Origin: the human T2T-CHM13v2.0 reference genome, Homo sapiens
Strand: one strand, 5' to 3'
Length of the DNA stretch: 64,000 nt
Assembly (NCBI RefSeq): GCF_009914755.1
Contig: NC_060927.1
Below the pieces are notes generated by a model. That model was not told the origin of the DNA, ran no database searches, and was given only the letters and a program-made list of their open reading frames with translations. Both the position numbers and the translations under genes were made by a program. Shown here in pieces: positions 1 through 13,125 of the stretch; within the stretch, counting starts at the first letter, position 1; each line of letters opens with the position of its first letter.

Positions 1-109
1 AGGCACATAAGTGAGTGTTCAAATGCTGTGGCACAGACTCAAGGAAGTGTTTAGAGGAGTTTAAAGGCAGAGAGCTCCCTGGCCAGAGTGGAATGCAAAA
101 AATGTGGAC

Positions 110-565
110 AGGAAGGTGGACGCGACCCAAGTGTCCACCAACAGATGACCAAACAAACAAAATGTGGTCTATCTGCACCATATTATTCAGCCTGAAAAAG
201 GAAGAACATTCTGACACATGCTACCACAGGGATGAACTTTGAGGCATTATGCTAAGTGAAACTAGCCAGTCACAAAGAGACAAATATTGTATAATTGCAC
301 TTATATGACATATCTACAGCAGTCGAATTCATAAAGACATAAAGTAGAATGGTAGTTGCCGGCAGCTGGAAGGCGTGGCAGGGAATGGGGAGTTAGTGTT
401 TAATGGGGATAGAATTTCAGTGGAGGAAGATGTAAAAAGCACTGGAGTTGGATGGTGGCGATGGTTGCATAACATTGTGAATGTGTTTAGTGCCACTGAA
501 CTGTTCATTTAAAAATGATGAAAATGGTAAATTTTATATTATGTGTGCTTTGTCACAATTAAAAT
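110..565 (+). mobile_element. L1MB-type LINE-1 3' end
   Basis: acccaagtgtcca...atgctaagtgaaactagccagtcacaaa...gccactgaactgt...aatggtaaatttta, typical L1MB 3' UTR. Confidence 0.85.
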
Positions 566-594
566 ATATATATACATACATACATACATGGAGA

Positions 595-1008
<414 letters not shown>

Positions 1009-1601
1009 TCAGGATCAGGTCAGGTGAGATAAAGCAAGTCGCTGATCTCCTGGTGTTGAGGGCCACCAGCTGGAGAGATGACCCAAGGAGAAGGGAGAGT
1101 CCAGGAAGCATGGCTGAAGGAGAGACAGTGCTGGCCGGGGGACCTGCCAAGTGGAGCCCTGCATGGTTGACACAGTCCAAGTGAGATTTGCTGCTTCCTG
1201 CCTGCCTGTATTTAATGAGCTGAAGCCAGGGAGTTCTAAGCACAGAAGGTTTTGTAGCTGGAGGATTCAGGACCTGCCAAGTCAATGCCCAAGCAGATGG
1301 AGCCTCCATGATCTCAGAGCTTGGGATATGAGAAATCAGGACACATGACAGTTTGTGCATCGAAAATAAGTAAATAAGGCAGGGAAAGAGCCGGGGCACT
1401 GAGGTCCTCCAGGAGAGCAAGGAAGAGGAATGTTTGAGCATCAATTCCATGGAGAAGAAATTCACTGAGCTAACAAAATTCAGAAGAAGGCTGGCTGACA
1501 CCCAAATAAAGGACAACTGGATCGGGACAGGATGTCCTGAAGGGAGGTAGGGGTCTCACCAGGGCACAAATGGAGGCTAGCTCAGTGCCGGTGCTTGGTA
1601 G

Positions 1602-1770
1602 CATAATAATAACAGCAACAATTGATTGAGCACCTATTGTCTGTGACAAACACTCTTCTTGGGTTGTTCATTTATTCCCTTCAGGAAACTTCTGCAGAGG
1701 AACTCTTTCTAGCTTCCCTTTACACATGAGGAAGACTGAGGCTTGGAGGTGTAAGTAACCTGCAGAGCCA
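1602..1770 (-). mobile_element. MIR
   Basis: attgagcacctattgt...tttacacatgaggaagactgaggc...gtaagtaacctgc. Confidence 0.7.
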
Positions 1771-1894
1771 GGGCCCTGAAGGCACACCCTCTGCCTCCAA
1801 TGAAGCTGGCTGGCCTCCTTTCTGCTTTGCCACCAACTGTCCGCCCACCCCAGTGCTGCCTCCCATCTCTGTGCACCCATACCCAACTTCTTAC

Positions 1895-2087
1895 TTGAAC
1901 TGGTGCTCCCGGGAGCTGCGGATTTTGGAGGAGAAGCGCTCAGCCAGCTTCTCCAGGCTGCGGGAGTACTCGAGCTCAATCTCAGCTTTCCGGCGGAAAA
2001 ACTCCTGGAGGTCTTGAAGCAGCTGCAGTCGCGACTCTGATTGCTGCTCCAGACATTTGAACTGCTCCACCAGCTGCGTGCGGATCT
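1895..2087 (-). CDS. SRGAP3: SRGAP3 coding exon 2 (193 nt; N-terminal F-BAR/FCH domain), phase 1 in, phase 2 out
   Basis: Translation EIRTQLVEQFKCLEQQSESRLQLLQDLQEFFRRKAEIELEYSRSLEKLAERFSSKIRSSREHQFK matches SRGAP3 as I recall it (SRGAP1/2 read EIRAQ..., DFFRKK). Acceptor ...tgtgcccgcag|AGATC at 2088/2087, donor TTCAA|gtaaga at 1895/1894, branch-like CTCAT with A at 2113. Confidence 0.97.
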
Positions 2088-3519
2088 CTGCGGGCACACA
2101 AGGGTAGGAGCATGAGACTGGTGGTGGGGACGGGGGCACTGGGGCCCGCTCTGCTGCTGGCCTGGGCCCTGCAATTCAGGCAGCTCCCTCCTAACACCAT
2201 CCAGAGCCTCTCTGAGCCCAGCCAGAGCTCAGACCTTGCTTGGCAGAGCATTGGCACAAAGATTTCTCTCTTGCTCGTTTTTGCCATTGATCTAACCAAA
2301 AGTTTCCAAAACTTGAATCACTGCATGTCACCACCACGATTTTTGCCATATTCACAGGCCCCAAGCATTCTTATTTCTTCCACATGATCTAGTAAATTGA
2401 CTCACCTTTCTTACGGAGATGATCTTGCTTAAAATGCAAAGGTTTCTATCAATACAGTAAAGTGAAACACTAGGACCCCTTGCAGCCTGGGACGTAGGAA
2501 ATAATTCAATGAAAACAAAAGTATTGTAAAATTCTATCTAGAGACAATTGTTTACCAAAGGCTCTAAGCCTAAGCTGCTGGCTCTTTATCAACCAAAGGA
2601 AAACGGCAGTGTGACTTTCTCCATGTGTAGTCAGGACTGAGAGAGGGCTGAGAAGGGCATGCTTTTCCCTCGTGGGTTTCAGTGTTATTTAAGGCCACAT
2701 CTGTGTCCTGCTTTAAATCACCTTGAATTCCATGTATGAACCTCTCAGATATCACACTTCAGAAAATACTGATTGCTCAAACCAGATCTACGCAACCAGG
2801 GCAACAATTCAAAAGCTGGAAGCTGGAGTTAAAAATCACAGCTGAATGCCAATAACCACATCCATTCTTGTCTTCAAGCCTGTAGGGTTGTCACCGCCAC
2901 TGCCCCCAGGCATAGATTCTTTCCAGGCCATCCCAAGAGCTGCTCAACAGATCAGCCTCCAAAGCACTCTGCTCACACCAGCAACGTGCTCAGAAATACC
3001 CCACGGCTCCCCTCTGCCTGAGTATTAGGTCCAACTCCTCAGCATGACATTCAAGACCATCCACCAAGCAGTCCCAAATTTCATTTCTCAGGACTTTACC
3101 CCAATGGACTCTCCAAACCATTCAAGCCAGTCCTTGGAATATCAGATCTCACCTGCCTAAATGTGTGCCCCGTCTGAAATGGTGGCCAGCGTCATTTCAG
3201 CATCCTTCAGAGAAGTGGACTTCAAACTGGGGCAGAACTACTCTGGGGTACACAAAGACACCCCACAGGGTATGCAAGCTGAGGTAGAAGGGAATCAACC
3301 TGAGATCCTCCACATCCATTCCCACTGCCTGACAACGTGCCTCAGTCTAGATGCACGGCCCCTCTCCTTTCCTACCTCCCCTCCTCACAATGGTCCTGTT
3401 CTCTCTTTACAGGAAAAAGAGCAACTGCTCACTCGTCCAGAATCTATGATGCAGTGTCCCAAAATGTCGAGACATCTGGGTGTCAAAAGGAAAAATAGAC
3501 CATTTAAAATGTTCATGTT

Positions 3520-3787
3520 GGCCAGGCATGGTGGCTCATGCCTTTAATCCCAGCACTTTGGGAGGCCGAGGCGGGTGGATCACGAGGTCAGGAGGTGGAG
3601 ACCATCCTGGCTGACACAGTGAAACCCCGTCTCTACTAAAAATACAAAAATTAGCCAGGCATAGTGGCAGGCGCCTGGAGTCCCAGCTACTCTGGAGGCT
3701 GGGGCAGGAGAATCACTTGAACCCAGAAGGTGGAGGTTGCACGCCATTGCACTCCAGCCTGGGCGACAGAGCAAGACCCTGTCTCAA

Positions 3788-3826
<39 letters not shown>

Positions 3827-3838
3827 ATAAATAAATAA
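3520..3838 (+). mobile_element. Alu (Sc/Y-like) with (CTAA)n/(TAAA)n tail and 15-bp TSD
   Basis: TSD taaaatgttcatgtt at 3505-3519 and 3841-3855. Confidence 0.95.
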
Positions 3839-3856
3839 TGTAAAATGTTCATGTTA

Positions 3857-4145
3857 CACATGTTCTCAGTTATAAGTGGGACCTAAATAATGTGTGCACT
3901 TGGATGTACAGTGTGGAATGCTAGAGAACAGAGACTCAGAAGGGTGAGGGGGTGGGAGGGAGGTGGATAATGAGAAATTACTTAATGGGTGTAATGTACA
4001 TTATTTGTGTCATGGGTACCCAAGAAGCCCTGGCTTCACCACCACACAATCTATGCATGTAACAAAATTACACTTGTACTCCATAAATTTATACGTAAAT
4101 AAATACATGTACAAAGTTATATTCTCTTCAAATAATAAAAAGTGT
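3857..4145 (+). mobile_element. L1MA/L1PB 3' end
   Basis: catgttctcagttataagtggga...aaattacttaatgggtgtaatgtacattattt...catgtaacaaaattacacttgtac. Confidence 0.85.
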
Positions 4146-4229
4146 TTTTAAAAAGTTGATATTTGGAAATCTTCCTCTAATCAAGGGATCACAAACCCTT
4201 GCTACTCAAAGTGTGGTCCATGAGACCAC

Positions 4230-4519
<290 letters not shown>

Positions 4520-4612
4520 TGTGGTCCACAGACCAGCAGCATCAGCACCACCAATGGGCTTGTTAGAAATACAGAGGCCTAGGCAATATAACAAGACCTC
4601 ATGCCTAGTAAA

Positions 4613-4916
4613 ATTTTATTGTTTGTTTTGTGTTTTGAGACGGAGTCTCGCTCTGTCGCCAGGCTGGAGTGCAGCGGCCCGATCTCCACTCACTGCAACC
4701 TCCGCCTCCTGGGTTCAAGCGATCCTCCTGCCTCGGTCTCTAGAGTAGCTGGGACGACAGGTGCGCACCACCACACCCAGCTAGTTTTTTGTATTTTTAG
4801 TAGAGACGAGGTTTCATTATGTTGGCCAGGATGGTCTTGATCTCTTGACCTCGTGATCCACCCGCCTTGGCCTCCCAAAGTGCTGGGATTACAGGTGTGA
4901 GCCACTGCACCCGGCC
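4613..4916 (-). mobile_element. AluSc nested inside an older AluJ
   Basis: ctctgtcgccaggctgg and ggatggtcttgatctcttgacctcgtgatcc are AluSc-like. Flanked by tagtaaaa(a)tttta, with AluJ pieces on both sides (4575-4612, 4917-5065). Confidence 0.9.
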
Positions 4917-5065
4917 TAGTAAAAATTTTAAAAAGTAATTAGCTGGGCATGGTGGCACATGCCTCTAGTCCCAGCTACTTGGGAGGCTGAGGTGGGAGGA
5001 TTGCTTTAGCCCAGGAGTTCAAAGCTTCAGTGAGCCATGACCATACCATGATGCTTAGAGGGAAC
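4917..5065 (+). mobile_element. AluJ right arm (host of the AluSc)
   Basis: ttagctgggcatggtggcacatgcctctagtcccagctacttgggaggctgaggtgggaggattgc. Confidence 0.85.
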
Positions 5066-5072
5066 TCCTGTA

Positions 5073-5146
5073 ATGAAAAGAAAAGAAAAGAAAAGAACAG
5101 GTGAGGAGAGAGGAGGGGAGGGGAGGGGAGGGGAAGGAGAAGAAAT
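5073..5146. repeat. Purine-rich (GAAAA)n/(GGGGA)n low-complexity tract
   Basis: Read directly; four G4 runs at 5115-5133. Confidence 0.9.
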
Positions 5147-5749
5147 ACAGAATCATCCAAACTCATCAAGATGCATAAATTAAATGTGCTCATTTTTGGG
5201 GCATTTCAATTATACCTTAAAAAAGCTAAAAAAAAAAAATTCAGAATAAAGTCTCAGGCCCCAGCCCATACCATCCAAATCAGAATCTGCATTTTATCAA
5301 GATCTCCCAAGGTGGCCCTTGTACACCTTAAAGTTTGATAAGCACTGCCATCAACCATCCCGCCCATCTCATTATGAGAAGCATTTCCCATACAAAGTTA
5401 TGCTTTAATGATTTATCAAATGTGTAAAATAATGTTATTTTGATAAATTGTGTATTACTGATCACTGCAATGATACATAAATCAATATAAAAGGAAGATC
5501 CTTAGAGTTCAAAGGAAAAAATTAAAATGTCCATTTCAGCTTACATAAGTAGAGTTTTAAAAAAGATGATAATCTTAAAAAACTTTCAAGCATAAAATAT
5601 GTTAAGATTAAATTTTATGAAGCAAGTGAAAGGGAATTAGGAGTTCAAGAAGGTAAAGAAAGGAGCAGTGTAAAACATTTGACTTGTTCAGGTAACTTTG
5701 ATGGATGATTGTAGAAACCAATGTATTATGGTATTTATCCTATGACCGG

Positions 5750-6230
5750 GCAATTTCACTGATGGATACATACACAAAAGAAATCAGTGCTTATGATCAC
5801 CAAAAAATATATACAAGAATACTTTTAGTATCTTTATAGCCAAATATTAGAAATAACCCAAAATGTCTAGTAAGAATAGAATGGATTTTTTGAATGTGAG
5901 ATATTCATTGAGTGGAATGATATACAATAATGAAAAAGGAATGCTACTGCTCCCAACAGCAACATGTTTGAAATCCACAGATCTTGTGTTTATTGAAAGA
6001 AGCCAGAACGAATGAGGTTGTGCAAAACTAGTTTATGGTGATAGAGGTCGGAAAAGTGGTCACGTTTGACGGGTATTGATGGAGAGAGGGAACAAGCATG
6101 GCTTCTGAATACTGGAGATGTTCCACACCTTGGTGAGGGTGGAAGGGACACTGATAAAAATTAACTGAGCTGCTCACTTAAGATCTGTGCATTCTACTAC
6201 ATCAAAGTGAGGCTTCAATAAAAAGACAAA
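5750..6230 (+). mobile_element. L1ME-type 3' region
   Basis: atagccaaatattagaaataaccc...aaactagtttatggtgatagaggtc...cacttaagatctgtgcatt...caataaaaa. Confidence 0.7.
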
Positions 6231-6265
6231 ATTTAAAATTGCTATGTTAGTTTCTATTTGACACA

Positions 6266-6396
6266 TTTTTAAAAATTTTTTGTAGAGACAGGCCTCTTTA
6301 TGTTACCCAGGCTGGTCTTCAACTCTTGGGCTCAAGCAATCCTCCTGCCTTGGCCTTCTAAGTAGCTGGGACTAAAGAGGTAAGCCACCCCACCCA
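6266..6396 (-). mobile_element. FLAM/Alu monomer
   Basis: tgtagagacagg...caggctggtcttcaactcttgggctcaagcaatcctcc. Confidence 0.85.
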
Positions 6397-6854
6397 TCCC
6401 TCCCCACAACATTTTGATACAGTTTTAAGAGAGTGGTATTATACATAATGTTACTCTAAAATGTGAATATTTAAAACATGGCCAAAATTATATCCTTTGT
6501 AACTAATCAAACTTAGAATAAAATATTTTATTTTATTTAGTGCAAATTAAAGAATGAGACATTTTAGATGTCAACTTAAAATGTGTGAAGCAGAAGAGAT
6601 ATTTTTCTTTCCAAAGTTCATGTAGAGGGTAGGTAAGCAAAAAAAAAAAAAAAAAAAGTTGAAAACCACTGCTTCAGAGCCCACATAAAGCACTGCTCCT
6701 CCCAGGAAGGCCTGGGCTGCCAGCCTGGTGACCCTCTTTTGAACTCCCATGGCACGTACAGCAAATCTCAGATTGCCTAGCGCTGTTTGGGTTTTTTTGT
6801 TTGTTAGTTTTCATTCTTTCATGCATGCCATCTCTGCCTCATCTCCTCAAATGA

Positions 6855-7244
<390 letters not shown>

Positions 7245-7299
7245 TAGCAAGCGCTTTTTACCAAGTACATTAAGTGTTGTGATTATGGAAGCCTCAGCT

Positions 7300-7410
7300 C
7301 ACACACACACAAACAAACATATGGCACACACATTCACGCCACAAATACATACAAAACACACAACACATACCACACACAACACCACTCACCCCCCACACAT
7401 ACATACATTC
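7300..7410. repeat. Degenerate (CA)n tract (UG-rich on the SRGAP3 transcript)
   Basis: Read directly. Confidence 0.85.
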
Positions 7411-8517
7411 AACGTGGATGTATAATAATGAAGAAACCAAGGCTTTACGTAAACCAAGATCAGGGACTCATCCAAGGTCACACGTCGTTCTCTGAACTCT
7501 AACAAACTACACAGGTCCCCTCTTAGATGGTCTACCTGTTGAACTGAACTGTATTGAGGTGCCTCACTCCCACAAGACCAAACCTTGTCATATCAACACA
7601 CAGTCATAAAAATATAACTATGCAGTGAGTGCTACTAGTGTTTCTCCACTTTTTCCCCATAGACAAGGAAGTAGCAGCTCAGGAGGAAGTCGCTAGCCTG
7701 TGCTCCTAACAGCTGGTTCAGAGCAGAGCCAGCAATCAAACCCAGGTCCCTCAGAAGCTTACCATAATGCCCTTGACATGATGCTAGACCGAGGCCCCTA
7801 CAGGAACTTCTTGGTCTGCATTCCATGAATTATCCTTGTTTTCCATATTAAAACAAAACAAACACAAAAGACACTTTTAATCCCTCTGTATTCAACCTCT
7901 TGCATTCTTTTTGTAGCAAGATGGTGATCTAAAGAGATATTATTTATTAGAAAAGCTGCAGCCACAGCCTTCCTCATTACAGAGCATTATCAGGAGATGA
8001 CATTCTCATATTTTAGAGGAAAAGCTCATAAATCACATCGTGATGACAGCAGACGATTTGGAAAGAGCAGAGCAACCTCCCCCAGTTCACACAACCAGCT
8101 GGAGCCTCCCAGGCTGGGCTGTGCATGGAACCCTCCAGCAGTTTGCCGGGCTCAAAATCAAGTCCTTCTTGCAGGAAATGGCCCTGGCAGAGCATCCTCT
8201 GCAGCCTGCCCTGATCTGGAACCCTGAGGGCATTTGATTACCCATCTCATTATTTCTAATTCCCATCCAAGTTGCTGCTAGGAGCCTACGAGCTGGCACA
8301 GATTTGGGTTTTCTCCTTGAAGATTTCAAAGAGAGAAAAATAAAATAAAATAAAACAGAATTGTTCCCAAGGCACAGACTTCATTCAGCAGACGTTTCCC
8401 CCCCGGGGGACAGTTCCAGCCATAACACAGCGCTGAGTGGCAGAAAAATTAAAAGGGGGATGTGGCAAGGAGGGAAAGGGGTTGGAAAGAGGGACAGGCT
8501 TTGAACTCAACACCTGA

Positions 8518-8913
<396 letters not shown>

Positions 8914-9254
8914 TAAGAACTAATTCTTCAATCCAGGTCTCCTAAAGCACCAATCTCCCTGTGTCACCCTCCTGATAAAATTCTCCATGGTTCCCCATTG
9001 CTTATAGGATCAAAGCCAAACTCCTCTGACATTCAAAGTCCAAGAATGCACAGCCTGCCTACCCATCCCCATAACACTCCTGCTCACTCTCCAAGCAACA
9101 GTCTTACTAAAGATCACTTTGCATGCACCCAGGCTGCCACCTATGGCAAACAGCCCGTGTGACCCACCGTATGGAGAGCAAGATTCCTCATACTCCCCAC
9201 TGCTCCTCACAACCACAACCTCACCAGCAATAGTAGGAAGATTCTTCAGATCAG

Positions 9255-9990
9255 TCTTTTTTTTTAATTAATGGGCTATTTTTAGAGCCATTTTAGGTTT
9301 ACCAAAAAATTGACCAGAAAGTACAGAGAGTTCCCATATATCCCCTCTCCCCTGCACAGTTTCTCCGATTATTAACATCTTGCATTCCATCGTGCATTTA
9401 TTGCAATTGAAGAGCCAATACTGACACACCAAAGTCTGTCACTTACATTACGGCTCACCCTTTGTGTTGTACATTCTCTGGGTTTTGACAAACGTCTAAT
9501 GTCATGTGTCCACCATTACAGTATCATACAGAATAGTGTTGCCACCCTAAAAATCCTCGTGCTCCACCTATTTCGCCCCTTATTCTTCCCTCTCACTTAC
9601 CCCAACCCTTGGCAAACCCTAATCTTCTTACTGTCTCTATAGTTTTGCCTTTCCCAGCATGTTATACAGCTGGAATCATAAAGTATATAGACTTTTTAGA
9701 GTGGCTTCTTTCACCTAGCAATATGCATGTAGGGTTCTTCCATGTCTTTTTGTGGCTTTGTAGCTCCTTTTTATCACCAAATAATATTCTGTGCTACGGA
9801 ATAATGTTGACAGACTGTTTATTCATTCCCCTATTTAAAGACATGTTGGTTGCTAATTATGAATAAAGCTGTTATGAACATCTGTATGCAGGTTTTTGTG
9901 TGGACATGTTTTCAACTCATTTGGGTAAATATCCTTTTTGAAATCAATAGACTTTATTTTTATAGCAGTTTTAGGCTTACTGAAAAAAAG
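9255..9990 (-). mobile_element. L1MC/L1MD 3' region
   Basis: ttttaggtttac...aaagtacagagagttcccatata...attaacatcttgcatt...tgcaggtttttgtgtggacat. Confidence 0.8.
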
Positions 9991-10345
9991 GAATTACATT
10001 TTTAAATAGGAAATATAGGGTTTTTTTAATATTACATACACAACTGAAAAGGTAGAAAGGGTATATAAAGTTTTACTCCCACCTCTGTCTATCAACCACC
10101 TAGTTCCCCTCTCGCAAAACAACCAAACTACCATGATCGTGTGCATCATTCCAGAAATAATGGCATATATATAAAACATATATGTTATATAGATCATATT
10201 ATTTATATTATATGATATATTATATATATCTATATATAAGAGAGAATATCTATATATAGAATTTACATATATAGAATGTTAAATATATTATTTCCTCTGT
10301 TTTTATACATGTTAGAGCATATCATTCACAGTGTTCTGTACCTTA

Positions 10346-10664
<319 letters not shown>

Positions 10665-11269
10665 GTAATAATAATACATCATGGAGATCAGTCCAAATCA
10701 TTATATAAAGAACTTCCTCATTCCTTTTACAGCACACTAGAATTCCACTGTAAGTTTTTTTTAGCCAGTCTCTTTTGCTGAACATTTAGGTTGTTTATAA
10801 TCTTTTACTATCATCAACAATGCTGGAATGAATAATCATACACAGGCTTCATTCTGCACATGTGCAGGAATATCATCTATATAATAAGTTCTTAAAGCAA
10901 CATCACATAAGGATATCAAGACTGCTAAACTGCCCTCTCCTGAAATTTTACCAGTTTATACTACGATGAAAACTTTAGGACAAAGCAGGAACTATTTAGA
11001 AGCAGACATGCTGGGATTTGCTCCAAAATAGCCTTAGGTTTGGAGACGGGGAGTGGTAGGGTTTTAAGTAAAATAAGACTGGCCTTGAGTTAATCATTAA
11101 AGTTTAGTTTAGCGCTAGGTATCAGGAAGGGGCTTATTATACTATTCTCTCTACTTTTGGAATGTTTGAAATTTTTCATCATAAAAAAGGGAGAAAAAGC
11201 AGATAAAGCCAATGCAAATCCTGCACCTCTGGTTAACAGGTCTGACCCATTAGGAACGCCAGCAACTTG

Positions 11270-11327
11270 CCCTTGGAGGCCTCTGCCCCTTGCCTGCACC
11301 CTTGGAGGCCTCTGCCCCTTGCCTGCA
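11270..11327. repeat. Perfect 29-bp tandem duplication
   Basis: cccttggaggcctctgccccttgcctgca x2. Confidence 0.97.
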
Positions 11328-11639
11328 GATGGCTTTCCTGGGTTAGTAAGAGGGGCCAGAGTATGACAGCAAAGAGCAATTTTAAATGTAGCTTCCCAGA
11401 CCCCACCCAATTCCAATCTTTGGACCCTGTCCTGAAAACACAGTAACTGTTCTGGCACCTCCTGGGATGGAGAGGCACCACTCACAGTCTGCATACATCC
11501 TGAAAACCAAGATCAAGGGAGCACTTGCCCCCTCTGCTCCACAGGGGCAGCTGGTACCTTCCCGGTGTAAATTTTTAGGAGCCGATAAAGATGAACCACC
11601 TGGTATGTTACAGCCAACAACATCTCATCACATCTACGC

Positions 11640-11790
11640 ACAATCACATCTGATTATCATGACATCCTATGAGGCTGGTAGTATTGCCACTCCTCTTCTA
11701 CGGATGAAGCAATTGAGATTCAGGGAGGGGAAATGGCTTGCCCAAGACCACCAAGAAAGTGGCAAAGCCAGGGCTGAAACCGAGAGTAAA
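11640..11790 (-). mobile_element. MIR
   Basis: cctatgaggctggtagtatt...ggatgaagcaattgagattcagggaggggaaatggcttgcccaag. Confidence 0.7.
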
Positions 11791-12029
11791 GGGCAGACAG
11801 GAACTAACATCACCCAATGCCCAGGTCAGGGAACTTTCTGTGGCAGTCCTGCTGCCTCCTCTTTCAAGGATCATGTCCTGTTGTACCTCCTGTCTCCACT
11901 CTCAGTGGTCATCTTTGTGCCATCCACACAGAGCACCAGTCTGGCTGTCATTATATGCATCCCAGTGCATCCTGACCCTGACCTCAGGCCCTCCTCTGAG
12001 GAGAGAAATCTCAGCTTCATAGCACAATG

Positions 12030-12205
12030 TAGCGGGCTCTGGGTTCACCTGCCCGGTGGTTCAAATCCTGGCCCTGCCACATGCTCAGGTGGGCAACCTG
12101 AGACTCAGTTTCCTCTGTCAAATGGGGATGATAATAATCTCTACCTCATATTGTTGTGAGAATGGTATGTGTTAATGCAAAGGAAGTTCCTGGCATAGTG
12201 CTTTC
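12030..12205 (+). mobile_element. MIR
   Basis: ttcaaatcctggccctgccac...ctcagtttcctctgtcaaatggggatgataata. Confidence 0.75.
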
Positions 12206-12219
12206 CATATATTGGTACC

Positions 12220-12382
12220 ATATTGTCCAACACAGTCGCCACTAGCCACATGTGGCTATTTGCATTTAATTAAAATAAAAAACTCATTCCTCTGTTGCAC
12301 TTGCCACATTTCACGTGTTAAACCATCCTGGACAGTGCAGAATATTTCCATCATTGCAGAAACTTCCATTGGACAGCACTGC
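12220..12382. mobile_element. MER3 (hAT-Charlie)
   Basis: gccactagccacatgtggctatt...gaatatttccatcattgcagaaacttccattggacagcactg. Confidence 0.8.
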
Positions 12383-12669
12383 GTCAGAGGCTTTATAAAG
12401 TTAAGCTATGATTATCATTTATTATAACTTCTTTCTGTGGCCATTTCTCATCTCCTTAAATGGAAAATATGGTCCTGAAAGGCAGGGATGGCACTATGTT
12501 TTATTACTCCGAATTTGCGCACGACCTCTCCAACAAGAGCAGTGTAATGGAGTCTTCCAAACCCTCCCCTCAAGAAAACATGATGATGGAGACTCACTCT
12601 CCTTGCTCCCAGCCCAAAACCCAGCATCCTGGTGGGGTCCCTTGCCCTCCAACTCCAGCCCTAGCGGAG

Positions 12670-13125
12670 ATGATGTGGCCCAGTGGATAGACCCAGCAGA
12701 GCCTGGACTCTGGAGCCACTCTCACAGGGTTGATTATTGTCTCTGCCGGATCTGCACTGTGAAGCCTTGGGCAGTCAACTCAGTATCTTCTCTGAGCTGT
12801 CTTCGGATTTGTAAAAGGCAAGTAACTATTCTTATCTTGCAGGGTTGTTGCCAGGATCAGACTGGAAATAATGCACATGATGTGCCAGGCACCTGGTGGA
12901 CCCTCGGCGAATAGCATCTATACAGAGGTGGCATGGCGCAGCGGAAGGGCATGCACTCACAAGCTCACAAGTTCTGAGGACAGTCAGCCTAGGCTCCAAA
13001 TCTGGTTTTCTCCACTTTGGGGAAGTGGCTTCAGCCTGGTCTCTGTTTTCTCATCTGTAAAATAGGGAATAATACCTTCCCCCCTGGGGTTGTTAAAAGG
13101 GTGAGGGGTGGTATGCGCGTGGTGC
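12670..13125 (+). mobile_element. Two tandem MIRs flanking the CpG island
   Basis: ccttgggcagtcaactc...tgtaaaaggc and ctgttttctcatctgtaaaatagggaataatacc. Confidence 0.7.

Noticed and set aside
1895-2087. SRGAP1 / SRGAP2 (or SRGAP2B/C duplicates) identity
   Set aside because: Residues such as EIRTQ, QFKC, QSESRL, EFFRRK and SSKIRSSREH fit SRGAP3 rather than the paralogues as I recall them.
1891-2139. 82-aa ORF as a stand-alone gene
   Set aside because: Its first ~17 codons are intronic and its stop lies in the GTAA donor; the real unit is spliced exon 1895-2087.
11467-12159. 230-aa plus-strand ORF
   Set aside because: Spans MIR fragments and has no recognisable protein features; chance ORF.
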